Shown here: piece by piece, positions 1 to 10,435 of the stretch
Numbering within the stretch: position 1 is the first letter of the stretch
Layout: the number at the start of each line of letters is the position of its first letter
Assembly (NCBI GenBank): GCA_035437565.1
Contig: DAOMYL010000002.1
Span: 43,819-83,818 of the forward strand
Direction: 5' to 3'
From: a bacterium
Lineage (GTDB): Bacteria; Patescibacteriota; Gracilibacteria; BD1-5; UBA2023
DNA: 40,000 nt
Translations under genes and position numbers: made by a program
Notes under the pieces: model-generated
Databases searched by the model: none
Seen by the model: the letters and a program-made list of their open reading frames with translations, nothing else
Told to the model about the DNA's origin: nothing

Positions 1-51
1 AGAATACTCTTGGACGGATGGATAATTTATTTTTTAGACCCCCATTCGACT

Positions 52-1062
52 ATGGACATCTCCGCCCGCCATCCCGAGTACGCCTACCTCGATCTCATGC
101 GCGAGATCCTCGATACCGGCGTGCAGAACATCGACAATCTCGGCGGAGCCGAAGCCGTCTCTGTATTCGGCCGACAGATCCGATTCGACCTCTCCCGGGG
201 ATTTCCACTCCTCACCACCAAGAAGGTCTACTGGAAGGGCGTACTCCAAGAACTCTATTGGTTTATGAGCGGACAGACGAATATCAAGTACCTCGTGGAC
301 AACGGGGTGCATATCTGGGACGAACCTCCTCACCGAGCGTACAAGAGCGCGGCGATGCGCGGCGAAGTCCCACCCATGACGCAGGATGAGTTCATCGCGA
401 AAATCAAGGATGATGCCGTTTTCGCCGAGAAATGGGGGAATCTCCCCCGCATCTACGGGGAGATGTGGCGCCGCTGGCCGACCAAGAATCCCGGACGGAC
501 CGTAGACCAGCTCGCTTGGGCCGTGAAGGAGATTCAAGACGATCCCTACGCTCGGAACGCGATCGTGACCTCCTGGAATCCCGAGTATCTCTATCACATG
601 GCACTCCCGGAGGAGACCTGTCACTTCCCGATCTGCCACAACATGTACCAGCTCTCGGTAAAGAACAACAAGGTCTCGCTCCAGCTCTACCAGCGCAGCG
701 CGGACATGTTCCTCGGTGTGCCGTTCAATATCGCTTCCTATGCCCTGCTCGTCCATGTCATCGCCCACGTCACAGGCTACGAAGTGGGGGAATTCGTCCA
801 TACCTTCGGAGATGCACATGTCTACAACGCGCATATAGAACAAGCCAAGGAACAGCTCACGCGTGAGCCTTATCCTCTGTCCACGATCTCCATCAGTCCC
901 GAATGCACGAGCATCGACGATTTCCGTCCCGAGCATGTGACCCTGTCGGACTACAAGTCCCACCCCACGCTCAAGGCCGAGCTCCAGATCACGGGAGGAT
1001 TCTTCGACGCGACGCAGGTCGCGAGCGTGGCATCCGCGGACGGCTCGACTCCGAGCGCGTAA
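52..1062 (+). CDS. thyA: Thymidylate synthase ThyA
   Basis: Track ORF 10..1062. ThyA hallmarks are present: FPLLTTKK, LQELYWFMSGQTN, VTSWNP, CH.MYQ, QRSADMFLGVPFNIASYALL, GDAHVY. ATG at 52 (MDISARHPEYAYLDLMREIL) matches the usual N-terminus. TAA stop; no internal TGA. Confidence 0.9.
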   Translation: MDISARHPEYAYLDLMREILDTGVQNIDNLGGAEAVSVFGRQIRFDLSRGFPLLTTKKVYWKGVLQELYWFMSGQTNIKYLVDNGVHIWDEPPHRAYKSAAMRGEVPPMTQDEFIAKIKDDAVFAEKWGNLPRIYGEMWRRWPTKNPGRTVDQLAWAVKEIQDDPYARNAIVTSWNPEYLYHMALPEETCHFPICHNMYQLSVKNNKVSLQLYQRSADMFLGVPFNIASYALLVHVIAHVTGYEVGEFVHTFGDAHVYNAHIEQAKEQLTREPYPLSTISISPECTSIDDFRPEHVTLSDYKSHPTLKAELQITGGFFDATQVASVASADGSTPSA

Positions 1063-1064
1063 TT

Positions 1065-1751
1065 ATGATAATTTCATCATCGTCCGCGCCAATCGAGTAC
1101 CTCACAACCCTCTACGACTACCTCCGTCTCGGTCTCCCTCCGGTCGAATCCGATATCCTCGCGGTCTTCGGCAGCATAGACCCGGACGTGGCGACCTACG
1201 CGGCCGAGCTCTGGCATGCCGGATATTCGAAGTCCTGAAAGATCCTCGTTTCCGGAGGGATCGCGCATACCAACGATCTGCTCGCAACCGGATGGAACGA
1301 AACGGAAGCACGGGTTTTCGCTCGCGAAATGATCCTCCGCGGCGTACCGGAAGACGCAATTATTTTCGAAGACCGTGCCACCAACTCGGGCGAGAACGTC
1401 CGATTCTCTGCGGAGATCATTGAGCGAGAATTCCCGGACGCACGGTCGTTTCTCATCGTCCACCTCCCCTACATGGAGCGTCGCGCGATCGCCACATGGG
1501 AAGCACAATACCCACGACCGTACGATGCCGCCCGCCCCGTCTCGCGCCCGGAGACGCTCGACGAGTACCTCATACGAACCGGCATAGATACGGCGCGTCT
1601 TGCGAATATCCTCGTCGGCGATGCCCTCCGCATGGAGCGGTATACCGCGCTCGGATACCAATCGGATCAATGACCGCTCCCAACGGACATACGGACCGCC
1701 TGCGACACACTCATCTCACTCGGGTACGATCAGCATTTACCGAAATCTTAG
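1065..1751 (+). CDS. DUF218 / YdcF-like protein
   Basis: ATG 1065 overlaps the thyA stop region. Track ORFs 903..1238 and 1329..1673 share frame 0 and join through TGA 1236-1238. TGA 1671-1673 is also read through for 26 more codons to TAG 1749-1751. YdcF/DUF218-like pattern: SGG....ND, then EDRATNSGENV. Confidence 0.7.
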
Positions 1752-1752
1752 C

Positions 1753-2241
1753 ATGTCTATCTCCCTCATCGTTGCCATGGACCGCAACAACCTGATCGGG
1801 CGATCGGGGGAACTTCCATGGTACATTCCCGCCGATCTCAAGCGGTTCAAGGAATTGACCAAATGAGGCGTGGTCGTGATGGGACGCAAGACGTTCGATT
1901 CGATCATTGCACGGATCGGCACTCCCCTGCCAAACCGCATCAACGTGGTCGTGACCCGAGATACATCCTACTCCTATGAATGAGTCGTCATTGCACACTC
2001 GCTCGACATTGCTCTCGGCAATGCCCGACTCTTCGGTGGACGGGATATTTGGATCATCGGCGGAGCCGAAATCTACCGACAGGCTCTGGAGTCGAAAATC
2101 CCAGACCACCTCGTTATTACCCGAATAGATCGGGATCACGAGGGGGATGCATGGTTTCCAACCGTCCCGCCCGAATACACACTCACATCAACGGAACCAG
2201 GTGGAGAGTACTGGCACTACGAAGCCTGGACAAAGAAATAA
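1753..2241 (+). CDS. folA: Dihydrofolate reductase
   Basis: ATG 1753 lies 1 nt after the previous stop. Motifs: MSISLIVAMDRNNLIGRSGELPW, DLKRFKELT, VVVMGRKTFDSI, IIGGAEIY. In-frame TGA at 1864-1866 and 1981-1983; the fold is complete only if both are read through. TAA at 2239-2241. Confidence 0.9.
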
Positions 2242-2268
2242 TTGACAGCTCATTATTTAGCCTATAAT
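2242..2268 (+). promoter_or_regulatory. Sigma70-like promoter candidate (TTGACA-15 bp-TATAAT)
   Basis: Perfect -35 TTGACA at 2242-2247 and perfect -10 TATAAT at 2263-2268, about 37 nt upstream of ATG 2305. The 15-bp spacer is shorter than optimal. Confidence 0.5.
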
Positions 2269-2304
2269 CATATTCGTGGAATCTAATCATTTTTTAAAGT
2301 AGCC

Positions 2305-2991
2305 ATGAGCAAGAGAGGTGTAGAGGAACTCTTTTCACAGGGGGATACAAGCTCATCAGTATCTGGAAGCGTTGGTAAGATATTCGACCAACTGTTTGGA
2401 GATGTGTTCTGAGACAACGGAGGAATCCTGCCAGGGAACGACCGATCATACCGACCACCCCAAGGGTGGTTTCAAATCAGCGGCGGTGAACTGAATACTC
2501 TCTGGCTCACACCTGGGGGATCGGTCTCAAGTGCTCCGTCCCAGCATGAAGGACTCAGCCGTACACTCGTGAGTAGCGGGGCGGCTGGCCGCCTCTTCGC
2601 GGCATATCGGGAGGAGCAGGACGTGGTCGTACACTCGCCAAACTTTGGCGAGGTGTATCCTATTGGATGGAACGTAACGCCCGAGCGGTGGATGCTCTAC
2701 GCGAGCTTCGCAGAGATGGGAGCAAAACACTCGCCCCATGCGGGAAGCTGGTCGGGAGACGCGGCCAATCCCGATACGGTGGCCCTCCACCTCGCGGCAC
2801 TCGATTCAGACGGAGCAACCCACGAGATCCGCGGTATCGGTACGGCAATAGTTACTCGTGAGACGCTGAAGACCCGACGCAATGCCCGCGACACGGGGAA
2901 GACACCACCGGCGTTACCGATCGTCTTCGATCCCAAGTATGCCCAGCTGCTCGGTGAAGACGGCATGGAAGCGATTCGCACCTTCGTATAA
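2305..2991 (+). CDS. Hypothetical protein (228 aa)
   Basis: ATG 2305 is in the same frame as track ORF 2569..2991. Translated by hand with no TAA/TAG between them; one TGA at 2410-2412. No motif recognised. Promoter candidate upstream and terminator downstream. Confidence 0.55.
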
Positions 2992-3008
2992 TCCAGAGAG
3001 AAAAATCC

Positions 3009-3042
3009 AAAAAAGATGTCCGCTACGGCGAGCATCTTTTTT
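3009..3042. terminator. Rho-independent terminator hairpin (A-run / T-run flanked)
   Basis: aaaaaaGATG tccgctacggcgag CATCtttttt. GATG/CATC plus the A/T runs pair, and there is an inner CCG/CGG stem. It sits 18 nt after the 2991 stop. Confidence 0.6.
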
Positions 3043-3373
3043 GCTTTCGTATATGACTCGTATGCAATTCAATGACTCCTGATGTATGTATGCGTGTTCG
3101 TTTTTTTGTCTTCGTGCGCCACCAATAGACAATATAGAGCCTGCCTGGCGGATGATCGGTCACATGAATGAAATGATCCCGCTACAAAGACCGAATCGGT
3201 GACCAGGAAACCGCGCGTTTTACCACCAACAACCGCACCGTACTCCGAGGTCCGAGCAATTCGCCAATTTCGTCAGATCACTTTCCTCATATACTCACTG
3301 GCACTGATTGCTTCCGGTTTGCAATTCACCCCGTTCCTCCTACACTATTCCCATATTTTCACGGGAGTTTCTC

Positions 3374-4570
3374 ATGGCGGAAAAAGAAACCTTCTACCTG
3401 CTCGATGGACACAATTTCCTCTACCGGCTCTTCTATGCCGTACCGGAATTTACCACGTCCGATGGAACCCCTGTGAATGCGGTCTTCGGAATGACGCGCG
3501 TGCTTATGGGGATTCTCCGAGAAGATCGACCGAGTCACATCGCCGTTGTGTTCGACAGCCGTACAAACTTCCGAGAGCAACTCTATGCCGAATACAAAGG
3601 CACTCGCGACCGAATGCCCGACAATCTCCGGGGCCAGGAGTCGATCATGCGCGAAATGATCGGTCTGCTCGGAATCCCCGTTGTAAGTCTCGAAGGATAC
3701 GAAGCCGATGACATTATCGGCACACTCGCCACGCACTGCGCTTCGGCGAACCGTCGCATCGCTATTCTCTCATCGGACAAGGATCTCCTGCAATTCGTGG
3801 ACGATTCACGCGTGGTAGGGTACGACCCGATGAAGAAGAAGCTCATGAAGCGCGCCGATGTCATTGAAAAATTCGGCGTTCCACCGGAATTCGTAGGAGA
3901 CTACCTCGCGATCGTAGGAGACACTTCGGACAACATTCCCGGTATTCCGGGATTCGGCCCAAAGAAGGCACAAACACTCATCGGCGAGTATGGCCCGCTC
4001 GAGAACATCTACGCGAATATCGATGCGATTTCCGGAAAAACTCGCGAGACACTTATCGAGAACGAAGAACGCGCATTCTTGAGTAAGAAGCTTGCGACCA
4101 TTGATTGCAATGTTCCCATACCTACGGACAATGATTCGTATCGCTCACCCGGCACAGCCCGAATCGACTCGGCGGACTTCCGAGAGTTCCTCGGACGCTA
4201 CGAATTCCATTCCCTCCTGCCTCGGGAAACCCGAGAAATGCGAGATTTCAACTCGCTCGGACTTGAAGCTCGGGAAATCGCCTCACAAAGTGAGGCCGAT
4301 GAAACAATACGACAAGTCTCCGATTCTGAGCGTGTCGGTTTTGCGACCTGGGGACGAGACATCGAGTGCGATGGTATCGCGCTCACGTTCGATGGACAAC
4401 ACACCTTTTTGCTCCCTGCAACGAGCCGGTATTTCCCGTCCGTATTGGCAGCGGTCCTCGCTTGCGACACGCTCACTGGATACGATCTGAAGGACGACCT
4501 CCGGCGACTTGAATACGCCCGGATCTGGGGGTACGCCGGGGCAACCGGAGGGCAGACTGGACTTTTCTAG
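3374..4570 (+). CDS. Pol I-like 5'-3' exonuclease (FEN domain plus partial 3'-5' exo-like region); no polymerase domain
   Basis: ATG 3374 (MAEKETFYLLDGHNFLYRLFYA). Motifs: VVFDSRTNFREQLYAEYKGTR, EGYEADDIIG, GDTSDNIPGIPGFGPKKAQTLI. The C-terminal ~100 aa resemble the start of a Pol I 3'-5' exo domain (GIALTFDGQ...GYDLKDDLRRL). It ends at TAG 4568-4570 after 398 aa. Confidence 0.85.
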   Translation: MAEKETFYLLDGHNFLYRLFYAVPEFTTSDGTPVNAVFGMTRVLMGILREDRPSHIAVVFDSRTNFREQLYAEYKGTRDRMPDNLRGQESIMREMIGLLGIPVVSLEGYEADDIIGTLATHCASANRRIAILSSDKDLLQFVDDSRVVGYDPMKKKLMKRADVIEKFGVPPEFVGDYLAIVGDTSDNIPGIPGFGPKKAQTLIGEYGPLENIYANIDAISGKTRETLIENEERAFLSKKLATIDCNVPIPTDNDSYRSPGTARIDSADFREFLGRYEFHSLLPRETREMRDFNSLGLEAREIASQSEADETIRQVSDSERVGFATWGRDIECDGIALTFDGQHTFLLPATSRYFPSVLAAVLACDTLTGYDLKDDLRRLEYARIWGYAGATGGQTGLF

Positions 4571-5016
4571 AGCCCGAGCCAACCGAACAATCCTCCAGAC
4601 CGCTCTGTTTCAGGAGATTGAGGAGATGTGGTTTGTGCTTCGAGCTTGTCGTAGTCCTCGCGCGGTCCAACACGCCGGGTCATTGGGCGTACTTCAAATA
4701 TACCTGGTTCCGCAGCGGGACGGTTTTCATTGGCTCGATTGATTCGTGCACGCATGGAAATAGATTCCTCGGTGAGAGCGTCGCCGATACGTCCTGAAAA
4801 ATGCTCGCTCACGCGCTCGATACGATGCATATCTCCGGCAAGTGCAGACGTTGCCGACAAGCCAATATAGGCAGCCGTAACCACAGCCCTGGGGCCGTCC
4901 CGGAAGAATGGTGATTTCATACGGATCAATGGTGAAAAAAATATCGGCCGGAATTGTATGCTTCTTTCCTTAAAAGCAAGGAAAAATCCAAGAAAAACCG
5001 GGACGGTTTTTACCAT
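4567..5016 (-). CDS. Hypothetical protein (149 aa)
   Basis: Track ORF with ATG at 5016 and TAG at 4567-4569, sharing the palindrome TCTAGA with the converging gene's stop. The start overlaps the upstream gene's stop (ATGGTAA). No motif recognised. Confidence 0.45.
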   Translation of the reverse strand: MVKTVPVFLGFFLAFKERSIQFRPIFFSPLIRMKSPFFRDGPRAVVTAAYIGLSATSALAGDMHRIERVSEHFSGRIGDALTEESISMRARINRANENRPAAEPGIFEVRPMTRRVGPREDYDKLEAQTTSPQSPETERSGGLFGWLGL

Positions 5017-5309
5017 CTGTTCGCCAAGCCACGAAAACCCGCGTCCTCTCTCGTTCCTCCTGCTTGAGACACGGCACGGCCGATACCGAAAGAAGTCCGC
5101 TCGATAACGGACTCGGTCGCCGGACGGACACGGGGCGATGGTGCGAGCATCTCAAGGAGCAAATACGCCGCCCCCATCGCGACCATGGACGGAAGCGTCT
5201 CAAGATCCGACCATTTCACCCCGAAAACCCGGAGAGGCCGAGGGATATTTCGGGCAAAAGATTCGATCTGCGATCGCATAAGCAGAAGTGAGTACGTAGA
5301 TATGTGCAA
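5010..5309 (-). CDS. Hypothetical protein (about 90-99 aa)
   Basis: Track ORF ending at TAA 5010-5012. The start is TTG 5309 or ATG 5279. One hydrophobic segment (LPSMVAMGAAYLLLEML). The alternative frame upstream of 5016 is Arg-rich junk. Confidence 0.4.
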   Translation of the reverse strand: MHISTYSLLLMRSQIESFARNIPRPLRVFGVKWSDLETLPSMVAMGAAYLLLEMLAPSPRVRPATESVIERTSFGIGRAVSQAGGTREDAGFRGLANRW

Positions 5310-5370
5310 TGGACATCATCCGATTCTATTCAAACACGGTAAGAACTGGACGTATTTCTAACGGAAGAAG

Positions 5371-5398
5371 AAAAAATTGCCGTTTCGGGACGAAACGG
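5371..5398 (-). terminator. Terminator-like hairpin oriented on the minus strand
   Basis: CCGTTTCG gga CGAAACGG (5380-5398): a perfect 8-bp stem, followed on the minus strand by CAATTTTTT (complement of 5371-5379). It lies in the divergent region between the 5309 (-) and 5439 (+) starts. Confidence 0.4.
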
Positions 5399-5438
5399 AT
5401 ACTATGGCCGCCACATTCCGCACCGTATACCCGACCCG

Positions 5439-8198
5439 ATGAACACCATCTACGCGAGTTTCGACATAGAATCAACCGGCACCGATCCTCGCCGCGATGC
5501 CATCATCGAGATCGGAATCGTGCGTTTCACATCGGATGGGGAGATTCTGCGGACCTACTCTACCCTCGTGCGCCCCACCGGAGCATTGCCACCGGAAATC
5601 GCGGAGATCACGGGCATTACTGAGTCCATGCTCGCGAGTGCGCCAAGGATCGACTCACTACGGACGGCCGTCATGGAGGAGCTCGCAGACGCCGTGCTCG
5701 TGGGGCATAATATCGAATTTGATCTCGCATTCATGGAGGCAGCCGGCATTTCCCTTGCGGGACGGACAGCCATAGATACCTTCGCGATGGCGAAGTTCCT
5801 TGCATGGAACGAATCATCTCTCAATCTCGGTCATCTCGTACGATCTTTCGGTCTCGAGGCGGGAGAATTCCACCGTGCGGCTGATGACGCACTCGCTACG
5901 GCACGACTCTTTTGCTCTTTCGTATCCCGGTTGCGTGCGCTCGATCCTTTGCGGTCCGGTATTCTTCGGACTCTCTCAGACCGTAGCCCCAAGAACACGC
6001 TCTTCTCTCACGTGGAAGAGGAATTTCTCCCCGCAAACGAAAGCGGACCGGCAACATGGAATGATTGCAAGGATGCCATCGTCTCAGCCATAAGGGCGAG
6101 GACTGCGGTGGAACCAGTCGATGAAGAAACACCGAGACCCGAGATCTCGGTGGATGCTATTCTCTCGGCTATGGCCGAGACGGCCACGGAGAATGGTCGG
6201 ACCATGGAACCAAGACCCGAGCAACGACGCATGATCAACACCGTAGCTGACGCTCTGAGGCAGCGGAAAAACACCGTAATAGAAGCTCCGACCGGGATCG
6301 GAAAGACCTTCGCCTATCTCCTCCCGACACTCTCGAGATCGCTTCCGCGGCGCGAGCGCGTTGTGGTTTCCACCCATACCAAGCTCCTGCAAGATCAGCT
6401 CTTGGATCGGGATCTGCCGTTTTTGCGCGACTCGCTCGAACGTGCCGGAGTTCCGAAGAGCTCATGGCGTGTGGCAAAACTCAAATGACGAGGCAACTAT
6501 GCATCGGTGGCACTCGCATTCGAGCGTGTGGAAAATGCGACATACGATCCCGAGTTCTTCGTGTTTGCGGCGAAGATTCTCTTATGGATGACGGAAACCA
6601 AGACCGGGGAACTCGATGAGCTCTCGTGGTACGGCCGAGAATACGAGTGGGCAGCGGAAATCCGTGCCAACGGGTCGTACGTCCTCGATCGGGACAACCC
6701 GCACCGCGATGCCGAATTTCTCACGACGGCACGCGAGCGTGCGAAAGAGGCCGACTGCGTTGTGGTCAATCACGCATTTCTCCTATCCGAATACGCCGAG
6801 GAACGAGTAGGAAAACGAATCCTTCCGCCCGCGGACCATATGATCCTGGACGAAGCCCACACCCTCGAAGACGTAGTGACGGGAGCTTGTCGACGCGATG
6901 CCTCGTACGAACGATTTGATGAAACGCTCGCAAAAATCGAGACGACCATTCGGGCCTATAATACCCGAGCAAAAGACCGGCTCGAAGAACCGTTTATCAT
7001 GCCCGAGTGGACATCGCTTCGAGATGGCATGAATATCGATGCGGGGATCGCATTCGATTTCTTTGCCGAATACTTCGCCGAACGCTCGGGGATCGCAGCC
7101 GGGCAGGAACATCGCGACATGCTCCGGCGGGACGATATATTCGCCCGCGAAGGGTATGCGACCGTAAGTCGGGCCGGAAGCGCGCTCGAAGAGCGAATGA
7201 AGACCATGCTGGAGCTGCTCTGGAATGCACCGGAACCGCTCGTAAGACGAATCGATGCCTACACGGACGCGCTCGAATCCATGGTCGATACGATCGTGCG
7301 ACACATTCGCGAGAGCGAGAAAGATGCGATTCATATCGTGGGGTCGAGCGTGCGGTCGGGAGCGGTATTCCTTGCCACAGCCCCCTTGAAAGTCGGCGAT
7401 TTTCTGCGATCCAAACTCTGGAGTACGCCCGCGGTCAAGATTCTCGCAAGTGCCACGCTCCGAGTCGGCGGATTATTCGATGCCATGCGTTCGATGCTCG
7501 GATTTGAGGGATTCGAAGAAGCGGTGTTCGCATCGGACTTCGATTATGCCTCGCAATCACTCTTCTATGTACCGACCGATCTCTGAGATGTCCGACATGC
7601 CGGAAGCAAGACGCGCGTCCACCGCTTCCTTGCGGAATTGATCCGGACCGTTGGAGGGAAGACGCTCGCGCTCTTTACATCCTTCGCAAGTATCAAGGAG
7701 GCATATCTCGCCACGAATCCAGACCTCAAATCGGCGGGGATTCGCATACTCGCCCAGGGACTCTCCGGCGGCAAACAACGGATGCTCGCGGAATTTTTAT
7801 CGAGGCCGGAATCATGCGCGATCTACGGGACCGATTCGTTCTGGCAGGGCATCGACATTCCCGGTAATGATCTCGGCACTCTCGTCATTCACAAGCTCCC
7901 ATTCGCTGTACCGACCGATCCGGTCGTTGCTGCACGCTCTTCCCTGTATGCCGATGGCTTCGCCGAGTATAGTGTCCCGCAAATGATTCTCAAGCTCCGC
8001 CAGGGAATCGGACGACTCATACGCACTCGGTCAGACCGCGGCATCGTAGTAATGCTCGACTCGAGAGTCCTCTCCGGATGGGGATCCGCAGTGCTCGAAA
8101 ACCTACCGGAGGGAATGAAGATTCGTACCGCACCATCGGAGGAATTCTTACGCATGCTCAAGAATCGGCTCTCAGACAAGACCGAGAGGGCTGGCTAA
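5439..8198 (+). CDS. dinG: DinG-family helicase fused to an N-terminal DnaQ-like 3'-5' exonuclease
   Basis: Three track ORFs (5439..6488, 6507..7586, 7638..8198) share frame 0 and join through TGA 6486-6488 (KLK-G-RGNY) and TGA 7584-7586. Exonuclease motifs: FDIESTG, GHNIEFD, FHRAADDA. Helicase motifs: EAPTGIGKT, ILDEAH. TAA stop; 919 aa. Confidence 0.9.
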
Positions 8199-8255
8199 AA
8201 TTTGTGTTCGATTCGAACATATGGTATCCTCTCGGGGTATCATTTGTTTTTTGCT

Positions 8256-9110
8256 ATGGTGAGCCTATCGAATAAAGACGCGAGAACCGAGCAGGGTGCA
8301 GATCTCTTCGGACAGCTATCCGGCGAGCTCGATCTCGGACGATCCGAAGAAGAGCTGGGCTTCGAGACACACGATCCGATCGAGCGGCGCATTGTCCTCT
8401 GAAACCGCATACTTACGGGATTCATGGTCATCGGAATACTGACCGTGGCATTCATGAAGCTCGACATCTACCTGCGATTTGACGCGGCAGATATAGGATT
8501 TTTCCGGAATTTCCCCATCTGCGACCGCCTCATCTCGGGTGTGGAGGGATACGAAAACCCGGGATGTCTCAATACGACCATGCTTCGGGACAGCCTCACA
8601 CGCCAAAAGGAAGAGCTCGAAACCGCTACCACGAAGCAGCTGATGCTCTACGTACCGTTGGTGCTCCCAACAATCAGTGTCGAGACCCGACCCGATGTGC
8701 AGTTTATTACCGAGACGACATCGAGCCGCACGCCGATAGTAAAAATGCTTGATACCCTCTATGAGGCAAAGAACGACACGGATCTCAAGGGAGAAGATAT
8801 CGAGTGTTCTGGGTACAAGTTCATCCGCGGAGGAGCACTCAAATTCTCGTGCAGCGTCTACGGGTCATCTGTTCTCGGTCCTATGGGACAGGCTCCGGTC
8901 TCTTCGCGCACGAAGACATTTCAATTCCTCGACCGACTCCAAAAGAAAGATACCGGATTCAGCATTCTGAACTATCCGTCAACACTCCCGATCGATACAT
9001 TCAAGAGCGCGGAACCGGGAATTAAGTCCCTCTTCGAGACCCGCACAAAGATCAGTCTCGACCTCCTCTATACTCCGCCGGAGCCAGAGAATCGCGATTC
9101 CGAAATCTAA
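8256..9110 (+). CDS. Bitopic membrane protein at the head of the pilus block (284 aa)
   Basis: ATG 8256. Track ORFs 8202..8402 and 8424..9110 share a frame and join via TGA 8400-8402. Architecture: ~55-aa cytoplasmic N-terminus, one TM (ILTGFMVIGILTVAFM), then a ~200-aa external domain. No PilN INLLP motif is seen. Confidence 0.6.
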
Positions 9111-9121
9111 AAAGACCGACT

Positions 9122-10402
9122 ATGAAACTCCCGACCAATCTCTTCGAAGACGCGCTCGACATTATCGGAACATACCGATACCACTTCATGCTCACGGGAA
9201 TCTACCTGTTGATCATGGGAGCCACGGCATTCTATGCTTTTTCTCGAGTGCTTCCGACCTACGCAGAGAAACAACCCATCATAGACGAGGCGAATACGCT
9301 CAATGCCTCGATCCAGAATATCAAGGCTCATGGCCTGACCGTAGCTGAGTTCACCACCATCTCAAAAAAAATCAACTCCGACTCATCGTCCACGGATATT
9401 GCACAAGACAAGGGCAAGCTCCAAAAAGCTCTCACGAAACCGAGAGACTTCCGCGGAGACTACCTTGCATGGCTTGCAGATGAGATGAAACTCTCGGAAA
9501 AACGTGGGATAGAGATAGATCGCAATGAGCGAATTCTGCGGAGTATTCTCCCCTCGTTCATATCCGCGGACAAGCAAACGGCTGGCTCGCTCGCCACCAC
9601 CGGAGAGACTCTGACGCTTGAAAACTTCATCGAATACGTAGAAACGAATATCCTCCGACGCTTCAATATCCAGAGCAACGCTTCGGTCGGAATCAACGGG
9701 ATGGAATTCGAGGAGAATACGGCCGGGACACTCAATATCGGATCATTCATCGTTCGGATTGATTTCCAGGGCGAGATCGAGGATATTCGGAAGATGATCG
9801 AGTTTCTCCAATCATCGGGAAAATTCTCCATCAAGAACGGACGAATCGAGGGCGAACTCCCATCCGAACAGAACATCACAACTCTCTCGGAGAATTTGCT
9901 CGTAGATATAAGAGAATTTTCCATAAACGGGTGGCTCCCTTCGGATGACCCACTCATGAGCGCGAATGCCGAGACGAGCGGATCCGTTGCGCTCGAATTC
10001 TACGTCCAAGGAAACAACTCTCAGAAGGTCTTGCTCATGCGAACACAGGTTCTCAACGCCTACAAGGATCTCGAAAAGAAAATACAGTCCTACGACTCGT
10101 ACTGCGAGAAGACTGCCGGATCCCCATGTTCAGAAGAGTCTGTGCGCCTTGCGGTGGTTGCTATACGCAACCAAGCTTCGTCACTCGAGTCGTACTCGGA
10201 CCGGATAGACGTGATTTCACGACGCAAGGAGGTATCGAGAATCGATGAGGAGATGAGCGAGCTCATGCTCTATGCACGTTCGATCGAGCAAATCGACACG
10301 CTCGTGGAGCGCAATATCAAGACTATTGACTCCGCAACAAAACCGAGTGCCAAGTCCGCTCCGACACAAACACAAACCGCAACCGGATCGACAAACGAAT
10401 AA
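9122..10402 (+). CDS. PilO-like type IV pilus assembly membrane protein (putative, 426 aa)
   Basis: N-terminal TM (FMLTGIYLLIMGATAFYAF), coiled-coil-like stretches and a central alpha/beta-like region (IVRIDFQGEIEDIRKMIEFLQSSGK), placed directly upstream of pilB. The function is inferred from architecture and position only. Confidence 0.55.
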   Translation: MKLPTNLFEDALDIIGTYRYHFMLTGIYLLIMGATAFYAFSRVLPTYAEKQPIIDEANTLNASIQNIKAHGLTVAEFTTISKKINSDSSSTDIAQDKGKLQKALTKPRDFRGDYLAWLADEMKLSEKRGIEIDRNERILRSILPSFISADKQTAGSLATTGETLTLENFIEYVETNILRRFNIQSNASVGINGMEFEENTAGTLNIGSFIVRIDFQGEIEDIRKMIEFLQSSGKFSIKNGRIEGELPSEQNITTLSENLLVDIREFSINGWLPSDDPLMSANAETSGSVALEFYVQGNNSQKVLLMRTQVLNAYKDLEKKIQSYDSYCEKTAGSPCSEESVRLAVVAIRNQASSLESYSDRIDVISRRKEVSRIDEEMSELMLYARSIEQIDTLVERNIKTIDSATKPSAKSAPTQTQTATGSTNE

Positions 10403-10435
10403 GCACGCCTTAGCCAGAAACGCACCACCCGAATC

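Noticed and set aside
34-963. 309-aa minus-strand ORF
   Set aside because: It is antisense to thyA. Shadow ORF.
3047-3373. 327-bp gap upstream of the exonuclease gene, checked for a tRNA, riboswitch or small gene
   Set aside because: No cloverleaf could be built. Only a direct near-repeat ATCGGT(C/G)AC (about 3157 and 3195) and weak pairings were seen. The one long open minus frame runs antisense into the preceding gene. Nothing here can be supported.
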